DNA of 50,276 nucleotides, taken from positions 1 to 50,276 of the IMG/VR virus record IMGVR_UViG_3300036786_000189; one strand, written 5' to 3'. The stretch is from a virus (lineage: Duplodnaviria > Caudoviricetes). Positions 16,907-26,424 of the stretch are shown here, one piece after another (position 1 is the stretch's first letter; each line of letters opens with the position of its first letter). A program made the translations under genes and the position numbers. Under the pieces are notes generated by a model, which was not told the DNA's origin, did not search any database, and saw only the letters and a program-made list of their open reading frames with translations.

Positions 16907-17652
16907 TCAGCCGCAGATTTCGTTGAAGTCGCGCACGACAAGAGCCTCGACCTCCGGCAAGAGGTCGAGAAAGAGTTGACCCGCGCAATTCATGGCTTGG
17001 GCCAGCATGATGACGGCAGTGAAGTCGAGGCCGGTGGCGATGCGGATAAGCTTGGTGCCTCCGGTTGGAAGCGTCGCCGAGGTGATAGCGATGCGCATTT
17101 GACTGTGGGCGCATCGGAACACCTCCCACACGGCGATGCCTTCCGGCGTCGCCAGTCTGTTCACTTCGTACGGGCACGCTTCGCACGTTTGCGGGCAGAA
17201 TTGGCAATAGCCTTTGCCCGCGTTTTCGCCCCCGAAGTGCCATTCTGCGAGGGCGCGGATGCGTTTTTTTCGTCGTGCCTCGACAGCGCCGGCATGACGT
17301 ATTTTCGGTCGATCTCGTCGAAAACGCGCCAGTTCTTCAGATAGGACGCGATGTTCTCTGGCGTCGGCTCGACCGGGTTGCCGTCCTTGTCGCCGACGCC
17401 CTCCCATTCGACGATGCCGAGCTCGGCGATGATGCCGGTAAATGCGGCGCTGCTCGCGGCCTTCGCGGTTTGCGGGTGGGCTACGGCCGCTTCGGAGGCG
17501 CGCATGCGCGCCGCCAGCACCATCGGCGTGTCGATGGGCCGGAATCGCGTGCGCTGCGCCGGAATTTCGACGAGATTCCCCCCGTCCATGAATGAATGCG
17601 CGGGGAGGATTTCGAGCCAGAACGGCGCGGCCCCGGTGTCGAGTTTGAGCAT
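16907..17652 (-). CDS. Tail assembly chaperone GT (product of -1 frameshift)
   Basis: Slippery A AAA AAC at 17269-17263; -1 frame open to 16907 (WHFGG, CQFC...CEAC, EGIAVW, GLDF). Confidence 0.8.
17161..17652 (-). CDS. Tail assembly chaperone G (163 aa)
   Basis: GGAG RBS; IVEWEGVGDKDGNPV motif; lies between tail tube and TMP. Confidence 0.85.
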   Translation of the reverse strand: MLKLDTGAAPFWLEILPAHSFMDGGNLVEIPAQRTRFRPIDTPMVLAARMRASEAAVAHPQTAKAASSAAFTGIIAELGIVEWEGVGDKDGNPVEPTPENIASYLKNWRVFDEIDRKYVMPALSRHDEKNASAPSQNGTSGAKTRAKAIANSARKRAKRARTK

Positions 17653-17687
17653 GACAGTCTCCGTGATGATGTTTCGATGATCGCCCG

Positions 17688-18980
17688 TCAGGCGTAGCTG
17701 GCGACGTCGTTGACGAGCGTGATTGTGCAGGCGCGACCCACGTTGGTGTCCTTCGCTCCCTGCCAATTGTAGGTCGCCTGGATCGCGCCCGGCCCTGTGA
17801 TCGGGAATTTCGACTTGGGCAGGAAGACGCGGTGGTAGGCGAAGGCCAGGCTGAACGCGCCATTCGTCCACTTGTAGGTCAGGTCATCGACAGGGATGCC
17901 GTTGGACGCAAGGTCGCGCAGCACCGTGTCCTTGAAGCGCAGCACCGACTGGCCGGTATAGGCGGCCTCACCGGGATCTGCGCCACCGATGCGGCCATCC
18001 TTGCGGATGATGTCGACCGTGTCGTAGCCATTGTCGAAGGAGAAGTTGCCCGACACGAGGTCTCCGAGCTGGACGCCGGCCCGCGTCACCGAGCCCGAGA
18101 ATTGCGCGAAGCGCAGGACCGCATAGGCCGTCGGCGTGCCCGCGGCGCTCGTAGGCGTGTTGGGCGATTCGCCCTGCGCGATGCAGCTCAGCGTCGCGCT
18201 GAGATTGCCCGACCGCGCCAGGTTGATTGTGAGCTTGTTGGCGACGATGCCGTAGTTCATCGCGTAGTTCGGCACGTCGCTGTAGCCCTGCTCGACCGAA
18301 AGGCTGGGCAGCGCTTCGGCGCCGGAGGCGAAGACATGGTTGTAAGGGCCGCTGGCCGACCCACCGGCGAGGTCCGCTCCAGATGCGGTCGCGTGCGACG
18401 CCGGCGAGGACGAGGCCGCCAGCGCCACGCTGTTTCCGGCCGTTCCGACGGTGCCATAGGTGACGTTGACGGTCTTGCCGTCGAGCGCAAGCTCGAACTT
18501 GCACGCCGCGAAATCAGAGGTCGCGCTGGCATTGAGGCCCTCGACAGCCGCGATGAGCGTGTCGAGAAGCGTTGCGCCGATCTGGCTCTCGTCGCCTGTC
18601 GGCGTGCCGGTGACGAAGGTCCAGGCCGAGGTCCCGACCGTGATCGTGCCGTTGTTCGTGGGCTGCGCGGAAAACGCGAAGCTCCCGGTCGCCGCCACGC
18701 CCTGCGTCGTCGTCGGCGCGCCGCAGAGGGCTTTGAGCCAGTGCCCGATATTGCGGGCATCGACCGGGATGACCACATCGCCCGTGTCGTTGATCACATC
18801 CGGCGACGGATCGGCGGGATCGCGGCCCTGCCCGAGCAGATCGCTCGCGATCAGGCCCTGTTCCTCGCCCAGTTGGGAGGACACGAAGGGCACCGTGAAG
18901 AAGCCCGAAAAGGGCGGGACGCCGTAACTGGTTTCAAAAGCCAAAGCCATGACGGCGTTGGCGCCGCGTGCGCGAGCCAT
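17688..18980 (-). CDS. Major tail tube protein with inserted surface domain (430 aa)
   Basis: MARARGANA...FETSYG, LGEEQGLIASDLLGQGRDP and LVNDVASY motifs; AGGAG RBS. Confidence 0.9.
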   Translation of the reverse strand: MARARGANAVMALAFETSYGVPPFSGFFTVPFVSSQLGEEQGLIASDLLGQGRDPADPSPDVINDTGDVVIPVDARNIGHWLKALCGAPTTTQGVAATGSFAFSAQPTNNGTITVGTSAWTFVTGTPTGDESQIGATLLDTLIAAVEGLNASATSDFAACKFELALDGKTVNVTYGTVGTAGNSVALAASSSPASHATASGADLAGGSASGPYNHVFASGAEALPSLSVEQGYSDVPNYAMNYGIVANKLTINLARSGNLSATLSCIAQGESPNTPTSAAGTPTAYAVLRFAQFSGSVTRAGVQLGDLVSGNFSFDNGYDTVDIIRKDGRIGGADPGEAAYTGQSVLRFKDTVLRDLASNGIPVDDLTYKWTNGAFSLAFAYHRVFLPKSKFPITGPGAIQATYNWQGAKDTNVGRACTITLVNDVASYA

Positions 18981-19022
18981 GTGAGTTCTCCTTGGTTGAA
19001 CGAGAGTTGCGCCGGCGTGGCG

Positions 19023-19700
19023 CTACGCGTTGTCGCCGATGTGCGTTTCAAGGATCGGCTCGACCTGGTCCGCCCAATGCTGGGCGGCATCGTCTACGTT
19101 GAGACGTTTCGGCATGCGCGCCGTGGGCGTCAGAATGAACATCACGACCTGGGCAGCGCGTTGCGCCGACTTGCCCTTGGCGTAGAGACGCACGAGCTGC
19201 TTGCCCGTCGCGCGCTTGAAGCTGGACGCCGCCGTGCCGATTACATCGACATAGGCGATCAGCCTGCCGTTTCCGGCACGCGCGAATTTGAGGTCTTGGT
19301 TGAAATAGGTCTCAACCTCGGCAGGCGACATCCGGTGACTGCCGCCGCGCACACCCGGCCCCGCCGCACCGTGCGGCACATTGGCGGTCGGGATCGCCAG
19401 ATAGCGGCGCCCGTTGATGGGCACGATGGTCGGCGCGCGGTCGAATGCGTCGATGATCTCCGGCGCCTTTGACCATACGAAGGCGGCGGCATTGGCGCTG
19501 GCCGAGGCGACGGGATAGCGCCGTCCTTGCCATGTGTTGGCGAGCCGCGTGCCTAGGCCTGCGCCTTCGACTTGCGCCCGCAATTCCGTCTTGAGGCCGG
19601 TGGTGACCTCTTCGGCCGTCGCCGTCACGGCCGTGGCGACGTCATCGGTCCCCAACACCGAAGAGAACTTCGGCACCTGAAGCGTGAAGCGCGCTGGCAC
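19023..19700 (-). CDS. Tail completion protein (DUF6441/gpZ-like, 225 aa)
   Basis: LRAQVEGAGLGTRLANTW and YLAIPT motifs; position in the neck/tail module. Confidence 0.75.
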   Translation of the reverse strand: MPARFTLQVPKFSSVLGTDDVATAVTATAEEVTTGLKTELRAQVEGAGLGTRLANTWQGRRYPVASASANAAAFVWSKAPEIIDAFDRAPTIVPINGRRYLAIPTANVPHGAAGPGVRGGSHRMSPAEVETYFNQDLKFARAGNGRLIAYVDVIGTAASSFKRATGKQLVRLYAKGKSAQRAAQVVMFILTPTARMPKRLNVDDAAQHWADQVEPILETHIGDNA

Positions 19701-19701
19701 G

Positions 19702-20139
19702 CTAACCCGCGCCCGTCGCCGTCGTGTAGGAAAGCTGCACCGAGAGCATCGCTGTCCGCTCGGTCTCCGCGCCGTCTACGGGGTACTCGTGGATTTCCGG
19801 TGCCAGCACGATGCGCGCATCGTCCACGGCGCCGCCGAGCGTGCGATCCGCCGCCAGCGCGGGCTCGAACAGCGCGATCACGGCCTCGACAGCCGCTTCG
19901 CGCTCTTTCCCACTCGCCGTGATCTCAAACGAGGCTTGATGCTCCCACGAATAGCTCATGGGCGAGAGGATGTATTCCGGACTTCCCGGATCGCCGTCAC
20001 GCATGATCACGACGCCGTCATGCGTTGCATCGACCGATTTCTCCGGGTCGCGGTGAAAGCCAATGCTCGCCACCGCCGTCGCGGCGCTGATCGCGATTTC
20101 GAGCGCGGCAAGCGCGCCAATGCGCGTCTGGGTGGTCAT
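19702..20139 (-). CDS. Tail terminator-like protein (145 aa)
   Basis: RDGDPGSPEYILSP and ADRTLGGAVD motifs. Confidence 0.75.
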   Translation of the reverse strand: MTTQTRIGALAALEIAISAATAVASIGFHRDPEKSVDATHDGVVIMRDGDPGSPEYILSPMSYSWEHQASFEITASGKEREAAVEAVIALFEPALAADRTLGGAVDDARIVLAPEIHEYPVDGAETERTAMLSVQLSYTTATGAG

Positions 20140-20453
20140 TGCGGCGCAAGCTCTAGACGCCAGGTCAGGCGCATCGGATCGTTGGCGTTGAAGTTGAGCA
20201 GCCGGAACGGCGCACTACCGGCAGGCACCTGGACCGTATCGTTGTCGGCGGGCTGCGCGATATCGCAAGCGCGGACGAGCAGCACGCGCTTGCGGTCGCG
20301 GATTTGTGCGCTCTGGATTTGCGTCTCGATGTCCGGCTGCGCATAGGCGCCGCGGCAGGCAATCGCGCCGCCCGCAGCCGGGCAATAGACGATGTCCATG
20401 CCGAGGTTCGGATCGCTGAATAGTGTAGCGAGCATCACGCCGAAGGCGCTCAT
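20136..20453 (-). CDS. Head-tail joining protein (gpFII-like, 105 aa)
   Basis: LFSDPNLG...Y and C-terminal D.MRLTWRLE; position. Confidence 0.75.
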   Translation of the reverse strand: MSAFGVMLATLFSDPNLGMDIVYCPAAGGAIACRGAYAQPDIETQIQSAQIRDRKRVLLVRACDIAQPADNDTVQVPAGSAPFRLLNFNANDPMRLTWRLELAPQ

Positions 20454-20683
20454 CTGCCAGCGAGGGTCCGTGCGGCTTCGACGCCGGCGCGCGTGAGATT
20501 GGGGGCACGCTCACCGCCATGGACGAGATTGCGCTGGCGCAGGTTCGCTACCGCTTCCGCGACCTTGGGCGCGGGAACATCCTTCGGGTAGGGCTTGAGC
20601 ACGCCCGCAATGCGCGAAAGCGCGGCGAGCAGAATTTGATCTTCGACCGATTGAAGATCGAGTTCGAGAGTTTTCTTAGCCAT
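20450..20683 (-). CDS. Hypothetical protein (77 aa)
   Basis: GAGG RBS; ATGA overlap with the next gene. Confidence 0.6.
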   Translation of the reverse strand: MAKKTLELDLQSVEDQILLAALSRIAGVLKPYPKDVPAPKVAEAVANLRQRNLVHGGERAPNLTRAGVEAARTLAGR

Positions 20684-20708
20684 GGTTGCCTCTGTTCGGG
20701 ATGGAACG

Positions 20709-20744
20709 CGAAAGGCCGCGGCGATGAACCGCCGCGGCCTTTCG
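20709..20744 (-). terminator. GC-rich hairpin after the major capsid gene
   Basis: Perfect 15-bp inverted repeat CGAAAGGCCGCGGCG with a 6-nt loop; only a short U-run. Confidence 0.6.
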
Positions 20745-20764
20745 GTCGATGTCTAGCGCGCCGC

Positions 20765-21829
20765 TTAGGGATGCACGAGGCGGCTGCCGCGCAGCAGAAC
20801 TTCCGGACGCGAGCAGATATGCAGCGGATAAGACCGCAAGTGCGCGTCCACCCATTCCTGCAGCGTGGACGGGTCCACCACGATGCGCGGCAGGAGCGGG
20901 ATGCCGGGCGTATTGACCACGTCGAAGCCTTCGCCAGGCGACCACGCATTGATGAAAATGCCGGGCGCGTTGGCCGGGAAGAACTTGACCTCGTCCGGGT
21001 CGATGGCGATGGTCGAATTGTCGTCGGTGCCGCGGTAATCGACCCAATACACGCCGCCCCAATAGAACACCTCGAACGCGCCCGAACTGTCGTCCGGCTT
21101 GACTTGTTGGTAGTTGCCGTAGGCGCGTGCCACGTCGCCGTGCGAGGTGAGCTTGTCGAAGAACGTGTTTCCGCACAGCGCCATGATCTTGGACTGCGTG
21201 GTGATCATACCCTTCGAGGCCCGGATCATGGGGCGAACGACATTCTCGCGGATGAAGGCCTTGAGCACGGTGGCGCCGTTGACGGCGGTCGAGGCCGCGT
21301 TCGCGCCCGTAAGGTCGAAATAGATCACGTCGGGCTGCGAGATGCCGAACTCGTCGTAGTAGTTGTAGATGACGCTGCCGTCCGCATCGAGTACGATGCC
21401 CTGCACCATGCCGTGCAGCATGTGCTCCCAGGTCATCTCGATCTCGGACTGCAGACCTGCCGGACCAGACAGACGGCGCATCAGCTCCTTCTGCATCGCC
21501 TGCACATCGCTCTCGCTGCCGAAAGCGCGGATGCCAGCGATTTCGTCCGCCATCAGCCGGTCCTTCTTGGCGATGCGCACCGTCTTGAACGGACGCACGG
21601 CGCGCTTTTCGGTCGTGCGCTCCGGGGGCGGCGAGCCGCGCGGCGTGGTCTGCACCAGACCGAGCGTGCCATTGCGTTCCTCGACATAGACCGAAGTCGT
21701 CGTGACAGGCCGGGGAACGCAGAGATTGAGGCTCTGCATGAAGGTGGGATTGTACGGCACCTTGTCGATCGCACCGACGAGCTGGGTGAACGAGAAGGCG
21801 TCGTCTTCGAAGACGTTGATGGCAACCAT
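20765..21829 (-). CDS. Major capsid protein (lambda gpE family, 354 aa)
   Basis: FSFTQL, GIRAFGSE, TWEHM...G, GIVLDADG and SYPLHICSRPEVL motifs. Confidence 0.93.
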   Translation of the reverse strand: MVAINVFEDDAFSFTQLVGAIDKVPYNPTFMQSLNLCVPRPVTTTSVYVEERNGTLGLVQTTPRGSPPPERTTEKRAVRPFKTVRIAKKDRLMADEIAGIRAFGSESDVQAMQKELMRRLSGPAGLQSEIEMTWEHMLHGMVQGIVLDADGSVIYNYYDEFGISQPDVIYFDLTGANAASTAVNGATVLKAFIRENVVRPMIRASKGMITTQSKIMALCGNTFFDKLTSHGDVARAYGNYQQVKPDDSSGAFEVFYWGGVYWVDYRGTDDNSTIAIDPDEVKFFPANAPGIFINAWSPGEGFDVVNTPGIPLLPRIVVDPSTLQEWVDAHLRSYPLHICSRPEVLLRGSRLVHP

Positions 21830-21913
21830 GAGTTTCTCCGTTGGCCGGAACGCGCCGGCGCTGGTTTTGAGGTCGAGTGCGCCGGGGAGCGCGTTGAGGG
21901 AAGCGAGAGGCGG

Positions 21914-22573
21914 CTAGCGGCCGACGAGGCCGAGCGCGGCGAGCGCGGCGATGCCCGCGTTCTTGTCGTTGTCGGAGATGCCGGTCTTCCAGGTCACTTC
22001 CGAGGCGTTGTACTCGACGGGGCCACGCACATGGGCCGTCGCCTGGACATCGGCAGTGGCGGCGAAGGCGGGGCCGTAAAGCAAGGCGCACGCGTTCTGC
22101 GAGCCATCGGTCGCGGTCGCATCGTGCCCGACATACTTGAGCGATCCGGTCGCGTAGGTGACCGAAATGGTGAAGCCATCGCCGGCCACGAAATCGATCG
22201 CGCCATCCGCCAGCGGGAAGTTGATGCCGCCGTTGTAGGCAACGCCCACATTGCCGGTGCCATCGAGCGTGCCGTTCGGCTTGAGTACCTCGAAAGCGCC
22301 CGCGTTGGTCGCCTTCTCGACGATCACGACTTTCCAGTCGCCCGCCAACGCGCCGGCATCGCCCGTGAGCGAACCCAGCGTGCCGTTGCCGGTGTTGCCC
22401 GCAAAGGCCACGGCGGCGTGAACGGTCTGCGCGCCGATGGTGATGCGGCCCAACACGCGGCCCGCAACGAGGTCGGCGCCGGATGCGACCGTGATCTGCT
22501 CGCGGCAGAAGTTTCCGGGGCCTTCCGAGACGAGATGGCCGCCGGCATGGGGGTCTTCGGTGAGAGTAGTCAT
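21914..22573 (-). CDS. Head decoration protein (gpD family) with inserted domain (219 aa)
   Basis: LVSE...REQITV, GRVLG, DGSQ.ACALLY and C-terminal LAALGLVGR. Confidence 0.88.
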   Translation of the reverse strand: MTTLTEDPHAGGHLVSEGPGNFCREQITVASGADLVAGRVLGRITIGAQTVHAAVAFAGNTGNGTLGSLTGDAGALAGDWKVVIVEKATNAGAFEVLKPNGTLDGTGNVGVAYNGGINFPLADGAIDFVAGDGFTISVTYATGSLKYVGHDATATDGSQNACALLYGPAFAATADVQATAHVRGPVEYNASEVTWKTGISDNDKNAGIAALAALGLVGR

Positions 22574-22582
22574 GGGGGGTTC

Positions 22583-24064
22583 CTATTCTCCTTTGAGTTT
22601 TCCACCGCGCGCGGCGCGGATCGCGGCCTCCCAACCGGCCTGTGCCGTTTGGGAGGAAGTTCCATCACCAGCTTCGGGCAGAATGTGCCCGCTCACTGGC
22701 CGGGCGGCGCTGGCCTGCACCCGGCGAGCCTGCAGCGCCTCCCGCACATGGGCGAGGCTCGCGCCTGTGCGGATGAAATCAGAGGCAAGATCGGGTACTT
22801 CGGCGAGGCGGCAGAGTTCCACGATCTCGACGTGAAGCGCCACGGCATCGCCTTGCGCGAGCGCGCGCACACTTTCCAGGTCGATGACATTCCCGGCGCT
22901 GATCGCCGCCACCGCGTGGGTCGCCGCCGCTGCTGCCTCTGCCGCCGTCACGGGCACGGCTGTTGCGAACGCGACAGGCTTGGGCGAAATGGTGGCGCGC
23001 AATGCGGCGAGAGCGTCGAGCGGCGTGCCCATCTGGTCGGCGAAGTTTGCCGCGATCGCCTCGTCGCAGGTCATGATCCGCGCCTGAGTTGCCAGCACCG
23101 CATCGGCGGAGAGGCCGCGATTGCGCGCCACGATGACCGCAAAGATGCCGCGCAGCCTGTCGCAATCGGCTTGCAACCATGCGCGCGCGTCTTCCGTGAG
23201 CGGCGCGTGCGGGTTGGCATCGACCTTGTTCGAACCGGAGTAAACATAGGTGTACCGCAGCCCTTCGGCCTTATCGGCTGCGGACTGATCGACATGGAGG
23301 CAGACGACGCCGACCGAACCCGTCATGCTGGTGCGGCTCACAAAGATGCGCTGCGCCGCCGAGAGCAATGCGTAGCCGGCGCTGGTGGCGTTATCCGCCG
23401 CGACACCGTAGATCGGCTTCGCGGCGCGCGCCGCATAGATGGCATCGGCGGCGTCGAAGGCGCCGTTGCACTCGCCACCCCAGGAGCCGACCATGAGGAG
23501 GGTCGCCTTGACGGCAGGATCTGCGGCGGCGCGCTGCACTGCCGCGACAACGTCGGAATAGGCGGTCATGCCCGACATTGCGTCGAGCCACCCGGCCTTG
23601 TAGACGAGGGTGCCTTCGGCCGCGATCAACGCGATGCCATCGGCCGTCACGCAATAGGGAACGCCATCGTCTCCGTCGTTGTCATCGGCGCCCGGCAACA
23701 ACGCAAGATTGCCGGGAGGCGACGCGCGCAGGCGCGCAGCTTCCTCATCGGACAGTGCCGCGCCGATATGCACGCCCGACAACATTCCGAGCCTGGGGCC
23801 GATGCCCGTCAGGATGGCGTCGATCTTCGGCGCGGCGATCAAGAGCGGCGTGTCGAAGATGCGGCCCATCACATGCGGCAGATCGGTGCGCGCGACGCGC
23901 GCCGAACGTGCGCTCGCGGCCTGCGCAGGGTTGCCATCAGGCGGGTCGACGGACGGCGGTGCCGGCGAAGCGCCAGTCTCGCTGTTTTCGGGGGGCGGTG
24001 GCGCGTCGTTCGTCTCGACGGGATCGGCTTCCGGCGCAACTTCTTCGGTGGTGTCTTCGATCAT
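22583..24064 (-). CDS. Capsid maturation protease, S49 family (gpC-like) with scaffold C-terminus (493 aa)
   Basis: SWGGE, SAGY, GSVGV, KVDANPH and VARNRG motifs. Confidence 0.9.
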   Translation of the reverse strand: MIEDTTEEVAPEADPVETNDAPPPPENSETGASPAPPSVDPPDGNPAQAASARSARVARTDLPHVMGRIFDTPLLIAAPKIDAILTGIGPRLGMLSGVHIGAALSDEEAARLRASPPGNLALLPGADDNDGDDGVPYCVTADGIALIAAEGTLVYKAGWLDAMSGMTAYSDVVAAVQRAAADPAVKATLLMVGSWGGECNGAFDAADAIYAARAAKPIYGVAADNATSAGYALLSAAQRIFVSRTSMTGSVGVVCLHVDQSAADKAEGLRYTYVYSGSNKVDANPHAPLTEDARAWLQADCDRLRGIFAVIVARNRGLSADAVLATQARIMTCDEAIAANFADQMGTPLDALAALRATISPKPVAFATAVPVTAAEAAAAATHAVAAISAGNVIDLESVRALAQGDAVALHVEIVELCRLAEVPDLASDFIRTGASLAHVREALQARRVQASAARPVSGHILPEAGDGTSSQTAQAGWEAAIRAARGGKLKGE

Positions 24065-25693
24065 TTAGGCTGCCTCCTCATCCAAGTCCTCGCCGACAAC
24101 GGTCTCATCATTCGGCGGCTTTTCTGTTTCTGCCGGTGCGCCCACGTCTGGAGGCGGCGCCGAGCCGCGCGCGTTGGTGCGGCGCGCGTCGGAATCGAGT
24201 ACTAAGCCATAGGCATCGGCGCTGGCATTCGAGCGCGCGATTGCCGCGTCCATCTCGGCCAGCGTCGAGCCGCGCGAGAGAACGACAGCCTCGCGGCTCT
24301 CGGTGCCGTCGCGCATCGCCTTTTCCTCGGCCGCGGTATCCTTGAGCGGATCGACCCACTCCTGCTTCGGAGGAATCCAGGTCGCGCGCACGAAGTCGCG
24401 GGGCCGCGCATTGAATTGCGCGGCGCGGATTGGCAGTGCGCCCGCGAGCACGGCCTCGGCGACATAGCGCCGATAGACGGGCTTGCAGAACTGAAAGATG
24501 AAGGTGCGCTGGAGCTGCTTGAGCGCCGCACGCATGTCGATCCGGCTCTCGCGCAGGCTCGAATAGTTTGCCTTCGAGTAGTCGCCCGTTACCGTGGCGT
24601 AAGGCAAATCCATGCCCGCAGTCAGATCGAGCAGGCAGCGGTACTCGAAGGCCTCGAAGTTCGGGCCGACATCGGCCGGGGTCGAGAACGTGATCTGCTC
24701 GCCGTCCTCGAGATACTGCAACGTGCCGGGCGAAAGGCCCGCGGTGACTTCCTGCTCGGCATCCGAACTCGTGTCGCGGACGCCGAGCCCTGGCTGATCC
24801 TGTTCGCCGAGCGGCGCATCGTCGGAAGCGTTGCTAAGGCGGTAGATGAACCCGGCATACAACGCCGCCGTCAATTTGCGCTGCAATTCCGCGTCCTTGT
24901 ATTGGTCGCGGATATAGGCGAGCACGATGGAAGTCGCGAGCCAGGAAACGCCCCTGATCTGGCCCGGCCGGAGCGGCTTGAACACATGCACCACTTCGCT
25001 CGCGGGCACGCGCGTCCAGCCGACCTGCAGGTTCGGCACTGCGGTTTCGCCGGGATGCACTTTCCAGAAATAGTAGGCGACGCGCTGGCCGATGGGGTTG
25101 AACTCGATGCCCGCGCGCACGGCATTGCCGTTCGCGGCGATCATGTTCAACTCATAAGGGCACATCTCGGATTCGAGGAGCTGGATTTGTACCGGCACCG
25201 CAAGGCGATCGCGCGCCAGGCGCGGACGCAATCGCACAAAGAACTCGCCGGCCTCGAAGATCGCGTTGGCGCCCAACTCCATCAGGCCATAGAGGTCGCA
25301 CAGTCCGTCCGCATCACTTTCCTCGACGATGTCGTCCCACAATTCCGCGATCAGCGCCTTGAGCGCCTCGTTCTTCGGCGTCGGGATGGGGCGAATGCCC
25401 GTACCGACCAAGCCGGTGGCGAAGACGCGCTGGCCTTTGCGCGCGATGGGCACGTTGCGCACGAGATGGCGCGCGCGGGCGCGCAGCATCGGACCCGAAA
25501 ACAGCAGCACGCTGGTGGGACCAGCCTGCGTCGGGCGAAATCCGAACAGACGGCGGCGCGCCTGCGCGCCTTCGTAGCCACTGCCCGCCGAGAGGCCACC
25601 CGTGCTGGCAGCGAAATTGGGGCCGGAGATTTGGCTCACTTGGACGATGCGGCCGTCCGCGTGCGCGGCGATGCGATAGCGAGGCTTTGCCAT
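24065..25693 (-). CDS. Portal protein, lambda family (542 aa)
   Basis: RARHLVRN, GIEFNPIGQRVAY, RPGQIRG, NYSSLR and WVDPLKD motifs. Confidence 0.95.
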   Translation of the reverse strand: MAKPRYRIAAHADGRIVQVSQISGPNFAASTGGLSAGSGYEGAQARRRLFGFRPTQAGPTSVLLFSGPMLRARARHLVRNVPIARKGQRVFATGLVGTGIRPIPTPKNEALKALIAELWDDIVEESDADGLCDLYGLMELGANAIFEAGEFFVRLRPRLARDRLAVPVQIQLLESEMCPYELNMIAANGNAVRAGIEFNPIGQRVAYYFWKVHPGETAVPNLQVGWTRVPASEVVHVFKPLRPGQIRGVSWLATSIVLAYIRDQYKDAELQRKLTAALYAGFIYRLSNASDDAPLGEQDQPGLGVRDTSSDAEQEVTAGLSPGTLQYLEDGEQITFSTPADVGPNFEAFEYRCLLDLTAGMDLPYATVTGDYSKANYSSLRESRIDMRAALKQLQRTFIFQFCKPVYRRYVAEAVLAGALPIRAAQFNARPRDFVRATWIPPKQEWVDPLKDTAAEEKAMRDGTESREAVVLSRGSTLAEMDAAIARSNASADAYGLVLDSDARRTNARGSAPPPDVGAPAETEKPPNDETVVGEDLDEEAA

Positions 25694-25694
25694 G

Positions 25695-25949
25695 TCAGAT
25701 TGCCCGGTTCTGATCCGCGCGCGGATCGAAATTGTCCCAATCGTGGTCGCGGAAATCGCGATCCGTCCGTGACGGCTTTTGTCCGCCGTGGCTCGCCAAG
25801 CGCGGGTCGATCTGCGCGCCGGCGAAGTCCTTGACGGTCGCCTCGTGTCCGCACTGGCGGCACATGGCGACCGCATCATCGTCCCCTGCCGCACTCACAT
25901 CCGAGGATGAACACACCGGACATTGGTGCGTGCAGGGGCGATGACTCAT
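25695..25949 (-). CDS. Small Zn-ribbon protein (84 aa)
   Basis: CPVC...CRQC; tightly packed between neighbouring genes. Confidence 0.6.
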   Translation of the reverse strand: MSHRPCTHQCPVCSSSDVSAAGDDDAVAMCRQCGHEATVKDFAGAQIDPRLASHGGQKPSRTDRDFRDHDWDNFDPRADQNRAI

Positions 25950-25954
25950 GGCTG

Positions 25955-26179
25955 CTAGGCGTTGTCGAAAGTCGCCGGGTTCTCGTCGCCGGCATTGGCG
26001 CGGAGCATCACGCCGGTGTTGATGGCGTTGAACGTCTCGTTCGCGCCGTCCGGGCGGCGCCCATAGATGCTCTTCGCCGAGACGTTGCAGTAGTCCTCGC
26101 CCAGGCTCACGCTGGTAATCGTTGCCGGGATCAGGACGGTATCACCGGCCTTGAGTTCGCGGCCTTTTGCATCGTGCAT
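25955..26179 (-). CDS. Small beta-rich (KOW/SH3-like) protein (74 aa)
   Basis: GGAG RBS; DAKGRELKAGDTV motif. Confidence 0.65.
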   Translation of the reverse strand: MHDAKGRELKAGDTVLIPATITSVSLGEDYCNVSAKSIYGRRPDGANETFNAINTGVMLRANAGDENPATFDNA

Positions 26180-26204
26180 GACAGTCTCCGTTTTGTGGTT
26201 GGCT

Positions 26205-26414
26205 TCAGAGGTCTTTGATTGCAAAGACCTTCACGCGACGGACGGTTTTCTTGCCCGTTCCGGCGTTCACGTCGGCCTCGATCAAGGCCTTGATTTTCAG
26301 GATTTCGTCCACGGGCCGATAACCGACCAGGCCGACGCTCGGCAGCTCGACACGGTTCGCGCCGGTCGCGAGAACCCTATTGATCGCGTCGAGGTCGGCT
26401 TGCGTATAGGCCAC
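26205..26414 (-). CDS. Head-tail joining protein (gpW-like, 69 aa)
   Basis: GTG start after GGAG; YTQADLDAI...ATG...V.YR...EIL pattern; follows terL. Confidence 0.82.
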   Translation of the reverse strand: MAYTQADLDAINRVLATGANRVELPSVGLVGYRPVDEILKIKALIEADVNAGTGKKTVRRVKVFAIKDL

Positions 26415-26424
26415 GGGCGTCTCC

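Noticed and set aside
17832-19472. Other long antisense or off-frame ORFs (also 26986-28677, 35983-38226, 36773-38362, 48768-50201)
   Set aside because: Each overlaps a well-supported gene and has shadow-ORF composition, unlike the MTase second frame, which carries conserved motifs
20519-24205. 1228-aa plus-strand ORF spanning capsid, decoration and protease genes
   Set aside because: Antisense shadow of high-GC genes that share a frame; Arg/Gly-rich with no motifs or RBS
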